A stretch of DNA of 64,000 nt, filler included, from Gonapodya sp. JEL0774 (GCA_027604505.1; 42 parts of 42 records of this genome joined end to end with filler, not necessarily neighbours in it), one strand, 5' to 3'; shown: positions 38,574 to 50,963, counted from the first letter of the whole stretch. The notes: generated by a model from the sequence alone, not told the origin. A program made the numbers and translations.

Positions 38574-39739
38574 ATGCGGATAACAACGTTCACCGCATTT
38601 GTGCTGCTGTTGTTGGGACTTTTAATCGAGTCTGGAGTGACCATCAGTGCTCCCATCGCTGGCCTGGACGCTGCATTGCCGCGGCGAATTGTCCCGCTTT
38701 CGGGAGCGTCCCTCGTCCTCTCTTCGCTTCGCTCTCGTGAAGGGATACCAAGATACTCTGATGATGCATCTCTGTCTGGGCTGGTGGACGGCATCCGTCA
38801 CAATGACGGCCGACAACGAAGAAGGTTGCGGAGACGTTTGTCCAACAGCACATCGGCAGACACGTGGCCTCTGACAATAATCACTACACCGAATGCAACC
38901 AACGTCTTCAACGTCTCGTTCACCTGTGATGCGTCTTTGCAAGGCGTGCCGCGCTGCCGGGCCGCGCACGCTGCATTTGTGCGGGCAACAATAAAACTCT
39001 CATCCGTGCTAGCGGTGAGCCAGCCAATTCACCTGAATGCTACTTTTGACTCCTTTTGCGGGAGGGTGAAGCCCTCGGACGTGTGTAACAAGACGTCCAA
39101 CACCTTGGGCTTCGCTGCTCCTTCTGCAATGTACTCTTTCACCGCAAATGATTCTGCGCGACTAGGCATGGACTGGGAGTACACCTACCCCAGTGCTCTC
39201 GCGAAACAATATCTCAATGAAACCTATATGCCGCTGTCGGACAATTTTGACGTCTCCGCCCACTTCAACTCGGACTTCAATTGGAATCTCGATGATGACC
39301 CGAATCAAGGGATCCAGCAGGGTGATTATCAGCTCGAGCAAATTGTATTTCACGAAACGATACATGGGCTTGGGTTCATTAGCAGCTGGTATATGTGGCT
39401 GGCGGGATCGGACAACGTATTGCTCCCAGGCTATGTCATCCGGAACGGAAGTGGATATATTTCAGGATTCTCGCAACCGTACATTTTCAACAAGTTTATG
39501 GTACGGGACTTGGCTCTTTGTGGTCTATGTCTTGGAGTAACCATTAATCACTTGTCCTGTGACACACATAACGCCTTTGACGTATGACATTATCACCGTG
39601 TAGGCTGACAACGTCAACGGCATATGGTTCAAGGATCACGCTTCTGTCCTCAATCGTGGTGTGGCAGCTGTCGGTCCCACCACCAACTACACTCTGTGGT
39701 TAGAGCTCTTCCGCCAGACATACACGTACACAACTGCAC
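38574..39739 (+). CDS. Secreted zinc metallopeptidase-like protein (HExxH), 3'-truncated
   Basis: Signal-peptide-like MRITTFTAFVLLLLGLLIESGVTISAP; polybasic RRRLRRR; YPSALAKQ, AHFNS, QIVFHETIHGLGFISSW. Confidence 0.75.
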
Positions 39740-40479
39740 NNNNNNNNNNNNNNNNNNNNNNNNNNNNNNNNNNNNNNNNNNNNTTAATTAATTAANNNNN
39801 NNNNNNNNNNNNNNNNNNNNNNNNNNNNNNNNNNNNNNNCTTGTCCCTTTGTTCATTTCACATAAAACGGGTTAAGTCGCTCGTGTCTGCCTCACTGCTC
39901 CAATTCACTCGCTCTCTTCTCTGTGCTCGCGTTGATCGATATATCATCCAAATATGGAAAAAGTGATCTCTCTTCGTCGCTGGTCCCTTCCTAATCCGCC
40001 CCGTATTATTCACATCCCACGTTCCAGTCTCCTCACAAAGAAATTGTTCGGCTCCCCTGTTGCTCCGGCATTCCGTGCTCCTTGGCTCAGGCACCTTCAC
40101 AACTCATGTCCGACATCGTACACACATAACCCGCACCCATCTTTTAGTGTCTCCGGTCTCTGTTTTCCCATGACAGTGGGCACACGCAATTTTGGCCGTT
40201 CAGCAATCTGCCACCTGACCACCAGGGGTGGCCTAAAATCTGTAGATAGTGGTGAAGACTGACGTGACCTGATGCAAATCGGCAAAATCTATGCAAATCT
40301 GTGTTCTTGTACGTATAATGGTAAAAAAAACTCAAACTAAACCACCTCCATGAGCCATGACACTAGGGCGCAAAGCATGACTGTCTCTCCCTGACCCCCG
40401 TGCCTCTCCCGGACGTAGACTCAGAAAATCACGCAAAGCAGATAGAATAACTTCATTGACAAACTTGAATCATCGGATA

Positions 40480-41261
40480 TCAAACGAGGGCGATGACTCC
40501 ACCAACGATTCCGGCAACAAGGGAGCCAAAAGAAGCGGCTGAACAGGGGAAAGTGCAAAGAATGATTGTGTGTGAGAAGACCCAACTTGGCAAACAATTG
40601 CTACCAACACTCACCACGAGCGCCGGCACTACCTGCCTTAGGGGTCGGGGAAGAAGTCGCTGCAGCTGCAGTGGCAGATGTCAGGGCGGCAGAAGTCACA
40701 GCAGCGGAGGTCGCAACCGCAGAAGTCGCAATAGGAGATGACGAAAGGGGCACCTCGATGGATGACCGAGACGCCGTGGGGGACGACGAGGACGCAGCAG
40801 CACTCGAGCTGGCCGCAGCCGCAGAGGAGCTTGCAGCGGGGCGACTCGAGGACGAGGACGCTGCACCGGGCGCAGGACACACTTGAGACACAGTTGGAGC
40901 CGGGGTTGCGGTCGCCACAGTGGTGGTGATGCCTGGAAGGGTCAGCGTGGGCACATTTGTGGCACACGGGACCTGGGTTCCGTTCGGATAGTACGCCGGT
41001 CCTTGTCCAATGTACGGCGGCTGGGTGCAGTCGACAGCACACCAATTGTAGTAACATTCAATGTACCTGTACGCGAAATTTTGCGTCACCAGTCAGCGTT
41101 TCCGCAAAACTTCAGTTCAACGAACAGTCGCTTCAAAGCGCTCACCCGGTTTCACAAACTGTGTGACAGAAGTTGTCGGGGCCACCACAGTATCGGGATA
41201 CCTCGTGGTACTCTGCTCGGGGCAGACCACACCCGCGGACCTCTTCACACGTAGCACGTCC
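40480..41261 (-). CDS. Cys-rich, Ser/Thr/Ala-rich cell-surface protein, probably GPI-anchored; 5'-truncated
   Basis: Cys module, then a S/T/A stalk (AASSSAAAASSS, SAVATSAAVTSAALTS), then a hydrophobic end AASFGSLVAGIVGGVIALV-stop. Confidence 0.75.
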
Positions 41262-42188
41262 NNNNNNNNNNNNNNNNNNNNNNNNNNNNNNNNNNNNNNN
41301 NNNNNTTAATTAATTAANNNNNNNNNNNNNNNNNNNNNNNNNNNNNNNNNNNNNNNNNNNNGAACAGCGTGCAGCGCTCCGGAGAAATGAGAGAATTGGG
41401 AAGGATAAGGAGAGGAGAGGGAAAACAAAGGCCGAGCATGCCGATTGATTGACATATTATCACCCATTTCACAGTTCCTTTGTTGTAGTGTCATACAAAC
41501 ATAATCTCTCTACAGTACCAGAGCACACGAACTACGGAAACTTATTGTGACCTCTCAACTGAACTCCACTAAACTATCCGTCAAGTTTGAGTGATCAATG
41601 GATCGAGCTGGTGGTGAGGTCGGGTCATCAAAATGTAAGCAGGAATCCGCCCAAAATCTCCCACAAGAGCCTGTCACCACGTCAAATCACAAATCGGTCG
41701 CAAAACGTGGATCATCCACCATCCATCCCCCTTCGATTGCAGGATTCGCCGCAAATCGATCGATTCCTCCCGCCTCCTCCTGGATTTGTCCTGTATATCA
41801 CTTGCCTACGACAAATCTCTCCCTTCTCGCGGGGGTTTCTCTCAGGGGACGCCGAATCGCAGATCTACTTGCACCCGGTCGAACACTCGGTTCGTAGATT
41901 GCTGAGTTATTTAATCTTCACTTGTTGTTTCTCTCGACATCTTACCAAGTTTCCTGTTGCCGCAACCTTTCCGACTCTACTAGATATCCTGTACCTACAT
42001 ACATCTCCCCTCGATCCTGGCATTTGCTTAGCCCATCTCCCTCTCACCCAATCAACCTTCTCCATTACACTTGTCTGCATTCAACCTCCCATCGTCCTGT
42101 CGCCCCATCCCTTTCTCTACAAGAATCAATACTTCTCTCGACTCTCCAGTACTGACCTTCCCTCCCGCCCCCCCTCTTCTGGAGAAAT

Positions 42189-42783
42189 ATGTCCCCCAGA
42201 AGTAAACCTAAGCAGACCACTGCAATGGTCCAAACGCCGCAGAACAGCACCGCAAAGGACAGAAAAAGGATGAAGATCCTTTCCGTTTGGCGATCCGCTG
42301 AACAGAAATACAGGGACAAAAAACGAGCCCTGCACCAAGAAGGGGAGGAGGGTGATGCCAGGCGCATACGGGATTTATGTGCAGAATACGCGAGCAAGCG
42401 GAAGAAGACTGGGGTGGTTGGGAAAAGGAAAAAGGGCTCACCGGGTCGTAATTCATCAACTGCGACAGTGAAATCGCGGGTTCAGTTGGATGAATGGTTG
42501 GTGGAAAGGGACGACGGCGCCCCCTTGGCCGACGGCACCACTGGGATTGGACCTTCTGCACTCAGTGTGGGAGCCTTGAACAAGCAGTCACCTGGAGTAG
42601 GCCGCGCCATCGTCTGGAATCAGAAAAAAAGATTTAAACCCGATAAAAGATGGGTGCAACAGGAAGCTGTGAGTGACGTTCGCATTACTTGCTGTCCGCC
42701 AGATGCCATTCACTAATGTCTGTGGAAAATTATTTCAGATTGTTTCCCTGCGAAAAGGCGCAATCAAAGTCCTCGTCGGTCTG
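42189..42783 (+). CDS. Hypothetical basic protein, 5' part
   Basis: About 160-codon exon ending at a GTGAGT donor near 42669; K/R-rich; no recognised domain. Confidence 0.4.
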
Positions 42784-44009
42784 NNNNNNNNNNNNNNNNN
42801 NNNNNNNNNNNNNNNNNNNNNNNNNNNTTAATTAATTAANNNNNNNNNNNNNNNNNNNNNNNNNNNNNNNNNNNNNNNNNNNNACCTCTGTTGAGTTGCG
42901 TCGGTCTCGGAGAGGAGCTGCTTGCGTGCATGGGTCGGTGGATGTGGCACAGCAGGAGGGTGGATAAACCGCCAAGGGGGAATTCACCCGGGGGGGAACG
43001 GACAGCAGTGTTATAGTGTTATGGGTGGGGAAGAGAGAACGAGAAAAAGAAGCTTTGTTTTGTGGAGGGGAGTTTGGAGCTGTTGGGATGACTACAGAAT
43101 ATGGCAACCGAGACAAAACAACGTAACGCAATACGTGGCACCACTTCGCACCACTCAGTCGCCACAAATGAGTCTAGATCCATTCTGGACTTTTGCCACG
43201 CATACATCAGTATATACGTGGCGAAGGGGTAGACAGTAGACGCCAGAAGGCAGAAGAAGCAAACGATGCAGAGCAGGTGGGGATGGTCGATGGCGTATAG
43301 TGAATCCCAACAGAACGATTGACGCAACCCTCATGCGTCGACTGCAATGAGTGCAACGGCCACGTCAATGTGTCCGAATGGTGACGTGGGCATTTGCTGG
43401 ATGGGCTGCGGCCGTTGCTGCGGTCAGGTTGGGTGCACGGTGTCGCCACTCTGCTCTTGTGTCCCTCGAGTAAGTCAACCAACATCCAAACCACACCAAA
43501 CACTTCAACACACAGCAGCGGTGAGTCGGAGCGGGGGGACAGGATGGGGAACTGGGTGGGGTTGGAATGGAAGGCGGGGACGGGAGGAACGAGGAAGAGG
43601 GTGGCAGGAAGGTGGAAGGAAGACACCCATGGATGGGGCATGCGACTCACGCAGACGGTACACGGAGACAAGGGACGAGCAAAGCGCATGTGGTGTTGGA
43701 GAAGAAGAAATCGTTCCTAGTGTGCTGGTGGCGGATCTGGGCTGAGGGGTGTGGGCCTGTTCCCGGTTGGACAGGTGACTCACAGCACACCACGCGAACC
43801 ACACCGCACGTGTGCGAACGAATCGGCGGGGAACGGAGCAATGCGGTGGAATGGGTGGGCGAGATGGATGTCGTTTGGGTTTCTGTGTCCGAGTGTTGGG
43901 ATCATGCGGTGCCACCGGTCGTGCCGTGGTTGGTGGACACATGGTACCCAGTACATACGGCTCTACACGAATCTCACTCCCCCTGCGACCCATCAATCCA
44001 CCCAGCACA

Positions 44010-44305
44010 ATGTCTCTGTCCCTCTCCACCATCCACCTCCGCTCCTCCTCCCTCTCCCGCACCATCTCTGCCTCCCCCTCCTTCGTCCGCCTCTACTCCC
44101 CCAAAAAGAAAGACGACTCCATCCCCGCACCCCCCCCTTCCACCGCCCACATCCCCACCACCGGGTCGGCCCGCACCGGCGGCGGCGTGTTCTCCCAGAA
44201 GCAGGCCGCCCAGGAAGACCAGTGGGCATACTCGCACGACAAGGAGCTGTTCGAGAGGCTGGCCAAGAAACTCAAGGCAAAGGTGGAGTACCACCCCGAG
44301 AGTCC
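44010..44305 (+). CDS. Mitochondrial ATPase inhibitor IF1 (Inh1/Stf1)-like protein, 3'-truncated
   Basis: Ser/Arg-rich presequence ending VRLYS; GSARTGGGVFSQKQAAQEDQWAYSHDKELFERLAKKL resembles the IF1 GS.R..GG.F...E.A.E..Y motif. Confidence 0.65.
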
Positions 44306-45927
44306 NNNNNNNNNNNNNNNNNNNNNNNNNNNNNNNNNNNNNNNNNNNNTTAATTAATTAANNNNNNNNNNNNNNNNNNNNNNNNNNNNNNNNNNNNNNN
44401 NNNNNACATTAGTTTTCGTGTATAGGTTGTGGTTCTTTCGTAAATGGACTTGCTGTGCGCGTGCTCCATTTGTGTAGAGAAGTGATCCCTATACGTGACC
44501 GACTGAATGCCGCACGGAAGCCCTGACTTTTCACGCTCTCTTCTGTTCGTCATCCTGCTCCCGCTTTGAACATTTCACCGGCACAATGCAATGGACTAAT
44601 GCTCTATGGTCTGTATTGTTGGCGTGGGCATAGAGCACATTCTGGTTCGGAGCGACTGCCAAACGGCTTCATTTCTGAAAAGTATATACGTAGAGGTTTC
44701 GCAGCAATGTTCTGAGGTGAAATGTTGCTGAGCTTGCAATTCTGAAGCAACGAGCCTTCAAATCTGAGGTCTGCACAAGCATATGTACTACTGTAGTTTT
44801 GTGACTGGTACAGGAAATTTGAAGACATGACATGCCACTATTCTGCTCGAGACCCCGATAAGGTCCAAGGGTCCGATCATGGGTGGAATTCAGGCGAGAC
44901 AGGTTTTCATTCGAGAATTCACGTTCCCTACCAGATTTGGGCACCTTGAGCAATAGAACGCAAAGCAGTCTATCAGTCTTTAGTGCTGTGTCATGTCGAC
45001 TGACCCAAATGGTGCTTGTAGCGACCGGGAAACTGTTTCACATCTGACTTGTAGGGGTTCGCAATTTTCTGAGGTGAATCCTTGCGACACTTTCAATTCT
45101 CCTTCAAAAGCCACAAAAACCAGGGATCGGATCCAAGTTATTGAGATACATGCTCGTCAAGTCCGAACGCGGCCTGTTCCGAGACGAACAAATCGCATCA
45201 AGATCAGGATAATCCACCAGGCAGCAGCGCAGGGCAACGTCGGTGGAAGGCCGGACGAGTGGAAAAAAAGCACTAGTGCGTCCCGAAATGACGCCAACAA
45301 ATCTAATCATCTCACTCCCAATTGTTGTTACCTGTTGGCTTCCTGTACTCGATTAGCCCGGAAGACAGTGGGGTCTTCAGCCTTTCTTAGCCAAGTAAGA
45401 CGGCAAGCAAACATATCTGCGAATCTCCATATATGCAAATAGTCCGGACTCGACGCACGTGTTTCAAGCTCTCAGTCGCTGCCTCGGATATACATCTGAC
45501 TCATTGAGGCAACGACTCAAACTAGAACAAACTCTCTCTCTATATATAGACGTTTGATACCCACGCGTTTGGCAGCAAAAGCGGAGCGCAAAATTGCAGA
45601 GCAGAATATATTATTGACTCTGAGCATGTGGTGGTAGATGGGGTGGATGGATAGTCTGGTGGACCTGCACGAAGTAACTTCGCAAAGACCAAACTCAGAA
45701 CCGGGCACTTCGATGGAACCCGAGGACGACGACGACAAAAAGCTGAAGAGAGCACTGCAAGTGTTTCAGAAGAATCCTCATGGAGATGGAGCCGCGAGGT
45801 ACGCGAATCAATACAATTCGCTCGATTNNNNNNNNNNNNNNNNNNNNNNNNNNNNNNNNNNNNNNNNNNNNTTAATTAATTAANNNNNNNNNNNNNNNNN
45901 NNNNNNNNNNNNNNNNNNNNNNNNNNN

Positions 45928-47348
45928 CATGATTTCCGAGGACATGGTCCACGAGAAGCCGATCGCGCTTCGACATCCGTTTTTGTTTTACATGGGTCAT
46001 CTGTAAGCGGGTGCATTGCCTCGGTTTTACTTGTGATACCTCCGTTCATACTCCCCATGACTTTGATTCGATAGTCCTGGCTTCATGGATATCCAACTGT
46101 CGACGGAGCTCAAGGAACCTCTAACTGAACCTGCATGTTACCGGGATATTTTTGAGCGGGGCATCGGTAGGTTTTGTATGTTTCTCAGCTGTCAAAGTAT
46201 GTCTTGTGTTGATACAATGTTTTATATGTCGAAGATCCCGACATGGCTGATCCTTCAATTTGCCATCCTCATTCCACTGTACCTGACGAGTGGCCAGCCT
46301 TATCCAGCATTCTGGCATACCGCGACCGGTGCCGTGCACGGCTGCTCTTGCTCCTGGATATGTATGATGTGAATGGAGACTCGGACAAACTTCTCAGCGG
46401 CCGGTCTTCTCCGGAATTGACGGACTCTGAGGCGTCACCAGTGCTCTGTGGAAAGAAGGTGAACTGCCCTCCTGGGCTCGCTCGAGTGATGTGGTTGGCG
46501 TTCGAGCACGATCTTATGCACTTGGAAACCATTCTTTGTGAGTGATGGTTTATGGGCGGACGCTTGCGCCCACCAACCATGTCACAACTTCGCACCATCT
46601 AGACATGCTCGTGCAGTCACCCAATATCCGTCTCCCGGCCGGTGTATGGCGACCCGTATTCACCAAGGAATCGCTGGAGCATCCTGTACAAAGCAGTACG
46701 GTGGTGATACCATCGAGCTGCGTCACTCTTGGAACCAAAGGGTCTCCCTCCGCAAATGTTGTTGGCTGGGACAACGAGTTTCCCGAAAGTTCTGTCGATG
46801 TCCCTGCCTTTGAAATACAGTCTCGCCCCGTAACCAACGTCGAGTTCCTGCATTTCCTAAATGTCACAGGCTCCTGGTCCCAGGATTCACTTGTACCTGC
46901 CTCGTGGCACGTTACCACCGGTGATTCGGATTCTCGAATTGTGCGCGTGAAAACCGGTCTCGGGCTGGTGGATATGTCCACCGAAGCACAGTTTTGGCCA
47001 GTGTTCGTGTCTGCTGCCATGGGTGATGCCTATGCTAAGTGGAAGGGTGACGGTTGGAGGCTTCCCACCGAACCAGAGGTGACCCTGTGTATGAAGCGGG
47101 AGCATCCCGAAGGGAGTTCCTTGGAACGAGAGAACGTTGCCTTCGCAAGGTAGCGTACGACCTCTGGATTGGTGTTGACATAAACTCTCTGATTGCGTAT
47201 TTCCTTACAGATGGCATCCCATTCCCGTCAGTGGACCAAATGTAGTTGATTCACATGAAAGAGTTCTCCATCTGCTTTCGTCCGGATGGGAGCTCACTTC
47301 CACTGTGTTTGAGGGCCTGCCCGGATTCACCTCTGATCCTCGTTATCC
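45928..47348 (+). CDS. EGT1: Ergothioneine biosynthesis protein Egt1, sulfoxide-synthase part (DinB-like plus FGE-sulfatase-like), internal multi-exon fragment
   Basis: KPIALRHPFLFYMGHLP, IFERGIDPD..DPSICHPHS..PDEWP, FEHDLMHLETILYML, GWDNE, RPVTN.EF, WRLPTE. Confidence 0.92.
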
Positions 47349-47448
47349 NNNNNNNNNNNNNNNNNNNNNNNNNNNNNNNNNNNNNNNNNNNNTTAATTAA
47401 TTAANNNNNNNNNNNNNNNNNNNNNNNNNNNNNNNNNNNNNNNNNNNN

Positions 47449-48869
47449 GATTGTAATGGTTCCTGTTTGTGGGGACTGCTTTGCTTCCACACCAAGGAAG
47501 ACATCCAAATCGCCAGATTTGCTCTGTACTGCTGTGCAAGTTCCCGTTTAAATTCATCAGTACTGTGACTGTCTGGAGCAATGTGTTAAGCTATGGTGGC
47601 AAAACCTGTACAGGGGCAGAGTGCTGGACTCTCTCTATATCCTTAACACAATGCAGAAAAAATCATCAACGTGTCTGCCTGCGATAACCTTTCCTTTGCC
47701 ATCTTCAAGTTCCTTTATAAAAACAACAGGGTCTGCCTGTATCTGTTTGAAATGCATCTTGTGCACCAATGTGTCAGAGAGGTCCTTGAACCAGACATTT
47801 GCCGCCTGCTTCAATCCATAGAGGGATTTCACAAGTCTGCAAACAAGGCTTCCACCTTCTGCAAATCCATGAGGTTGTTCAAGGTAGACTTGTTCTTCCA
47901 AGTTGCCATTTAGGAAAGCATTTGATATGTCCAATTGAGTGATTTTGTAATCCCATTCTGCAGCAAGAGCAAGAAGAATGTGCCACGCTTTGGAATTCAT
48001 CACAGGTGCAAATGTTTCGTTGTAATCAATTCCATGTTGCTGTGTGAAACCACGAGCCACCCAGCGTGCTTTAAAACGCACCAAGTTGTTGGACAGCTGT
48101 TTCAGCGCGTAAACCCACTTTCCTGTCAAAACTGGCACTCCCTTTTGCTTTTCCACCAACTCCCAAGTCCCAAATTTGCGCAGTGCTCCAACTTCCTCTT
48201 CCATGGCCAATTGCCAATACTTTGCATAAGGGCTATCCATTGCTTGTTTGTAAGACTTGGGCTCTTCAATCTGTTCAAACGTCTCAAGTGTCACATTCAA
48301 AACAAGAGGATCTGCTGAATCATCAGAATCAGAATCAAATGGATTCTTGTGATCTGCCATCTTCTGTTCACTCCCCCTGGCAATAAACTCTGGAGGATTT
48401 CTGCTCCAATCAGTAAGTGGGTCTGGGGAGCTATCTTGTTCAACTGGGGCAGGACTTGGACTGGGAGGTGAAGTATACCTCCGCACCACTCTTGATGGTT
48501 TCTGCAATTTTGGAGCTTCTACAGGTTGAGGACGAGGTGGTGGCGTCTGAATCCTCGGGGGCACATCTGGCACCACATCTACAGCATCATGTCCACCAAA
48601 TTGCACTTCAGGTGCATTTCCAGGATGAGGAGGATTGTCTCCATCATCATCATCAGTGTCAGCATCAGAAGAACTGTTGTCCCCTCTGTTTGAGTGCTTT
48701 TCTGGCTTCTGTGGTGGAAACTGAGGTATAAACAAATCCTCTGGTTCAGAAACTTTGTCCAGTCCAACGTGATCACGAAATGGTAAGTATCTCTGTTGAG
48801 ATGGATGTTGGGTTGCTTATCTATATTTTCTCTGTGCACACAACTGAGTTTACAAATTATGCCCTTCAC
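47449..48869 (-). mobile_element. Ty1/copia retrotransposon pol fragment (post-integrase linker and RT)
   Basis: EPKSYKQAM, WQLAMEEE, GTWELV, KWVY, FKARWVARGFTQQHGIDYNETFAPV, QLDISNAFLNG, KSLYGLKQA, HVDD; frame breaks after the HVDD motif. Confidence 0.95.
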
Positions 48870-49307
48870 NNNNNNNNNNNNNNNNNNNNNNNNNNNNNNN
48901 NNNNNNNNNNNNNTTAATTAATTAANNNNNNNNNNNNNNNNNNNNNNNNNNNNNNNNNNNNNNNNNNNNCGGTCTCCACGAAAATGCGTGTGGCTGCACT
49001 TTGAGTCGCGAGGAATAACCGCAACTGACAATCCTGCCCTCATTTCCCGACACAACTGATGATCGTGATCGCGCATTGTCGGGTGGCGTGCTGCTGCTGC
49101 TCGGAAAACAGGTCTGGTCGCCCTGGCTGCAGTCGCGATCTCTGTACTTTCTTTCGCAGGATCTGTAGCAGGTTTGTTCCAATACTACACGTGCTGAGAC
49201 GCTCTTTCTGCTCAACAGCGTAAATCTTGATCCTTTGCTCCCGCCGTGATGATATCTCGCGGCTGTTTCAAATTCGACTGGCGGTCCCTTTCGCATCCCA
49301 CCTGAAG

Positions 49308-50389
49308 GACACCGATGTGACTGTGACGCCGATTGTGGTGTTGCAAACACTGCTTATAATGAAGTTCAACGTTTCTGTGACAAGGCTGCACATCAGTGTC
49401 ACGCGGTCTGTCAAGAAGGGTTAGTAAGAGCCTTCTAACGGGGTTCGAGCACGCGAAAAATGTTGTAGTCCTGCACTCACCTTTTCCCACTCGCCGTTAA
49501 TCTCTCAGATATTGGGAATGTTTTTATAACTGGTGCTCTAATGGTAACGCCCCGTTTTTCGTGATGGTACACCTAGTGTTTGTTTTTGCTTTCTGTAACC
49601 AGCAGTCTGCCCGCTCCTTTCAACCCTCGCAACTCACCGCTCGTTAGATTTGAATGGTTGCACCCAAGCTACCCCACTCTCCGGCCAAGGTTGGAATTTC
49701 GACCCTGACGGATCGCTTGTAACATCAAAGACTTGGGTATCACCTGGATGCAACGGAACCGTCGTTGGGGGCGGAAGTGGTTCTGGCAACGGAACATCCA
49801 CAGTCCCAGCTGGTAGCACGGAAGTAGGCGGAGGGTCCACCGCTACAGGAACAGGCGGAAGTGCTACGGGAAGTCCGACCACCAACTCCAGTACCTACGG
49901 ACCTGGAGGTCCCCTCGGTGTTCCAGTCGTTACCGCCACCCTCTCCGACATTCTCGTTCCGATCCCAACCGCCACAGCTGTAGACGGTACTCTCGTCCCA
50001 GCGACTCTCTCTGCCGGAACTCTCGTCACCGTTCCAACTGCGACACTCTCCGACGGTACCCTCGTCCCCATTCCCACCGCTACAATTGTGGACGGTAATG
50101 TTGTCGGGGCCACTGTCAGGGATGGTGTCTTGACTCCCATTCCGACCGCGACTCTCATTGACGGCACACTTGTTCCAATCCCGCCTGCTCCCACCGCGAC
50201 ACTTTCTCAAGTTCTCGTCCCGGTGTCAATACCCACTGCGATCAGCAGTAACGGTGTTCTTATTCCGGCTACGTACTCGAATGGCTTCCTTGAACCCTTC
50301 CCAACAGCCATCACAAGCGATGGCACTTTGGTCCCTGCAACTGTCTCCAACGGGGTCTTGGTTCCCGCACCTACAGCCATTCTGACCGC
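49308..50389 (+). CDS. Cys-module protein with Gly/Thr linker and PTAT-x-x-DGTL repeats; exons about 49308-49419, 49509-49543, 49648-50389; truncated
   Basis: Spliced HRCDCDADCGVANTAYNEVQRFCDKAAHQCHAVCQEG|YWECFYNWCSN|DLNGCTQ..., then repeated VPIPTATxxDGTL. Confidence 0.75.
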
Positions 50390-50489
50390 NNNNNNNNNNN
50401 NNNNNNNNNNNNNNNNNNNNNNNNNNNNNNNNNTTAATTAATTAANNNNNNNNNNNNNNNNNNNNNNNNNNNNNNNNNNNNNNNNNNNN

Positions 50490-50855
50490 TTCGAAAAGTT
50501 TCAGAATCTCTGATCCCATCCTCATCCCTTATCCCCATCCCGTATTGGTTTTCGAAAAGTTTCAGATTCTCTGATCCTATCCTCATCCCTCATCCCCATC
50601 CCGGATGAGTTTTCGAAAAGTTTCAGAATCTCTGATCCTATCCTCATCCCTCATCCCCATCCAGTGTGAGTTTTCGAAAAGTTTCAGAATCTCTGATCCT
50701 ATCCTCATCCCTCATCCCCATCCCGGATGAGTTTTCGAAAAGTTTCAGAATGTCGAATCCCATCCTTATCCCTTATCCCCATCCCGTGTGAGTTTTCGAA
50801 AAGTTTCAGAATCTCTGATCCTACCCTCATCCCTCATCCCCATCCCGGATTGGTT
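50490..50855. repeat. Tandem array, 6 copies of a 61-bp unit, starting at the contig edge
   Basis: TTCGAAAAG recurs at 50490, 50551, 50612, 50673, 50734 and 50795. Consensus TTTTCGAAAAGTTTCAGAATCTCTGATCCTATCCTCATCCCTCATCCCCATCCCGGATGAG. Confidence 0.97.
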
Positions 50856-50963
50856 ACGAACCAAAACGCGCGCTGAGCGGCGATATCTTGGCAGAGTCCA
50901 AAAAAAATAAAACAATCCATACTCAATTTTATCCGGACCAATCCTGATCTTCTGCGGTGCTAT

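Noticed and set aside
42884..44000. Many overlapping ORFs of 100-260 aa
   Set aside because: Stop-poor, G-rich upstream sequence with no recognisable protein features.
49680..49720. Ricin-B lectin QxW motif (GQGWNF)
   Set aside because: Single occurrence; it aligns instead with GQGPAY of the shared 8-Cys module.
50490..50855. CRISPR array
   Set aside because: Units are similar along their whole length with no unique spacers, and there are no cas genes on the contig.
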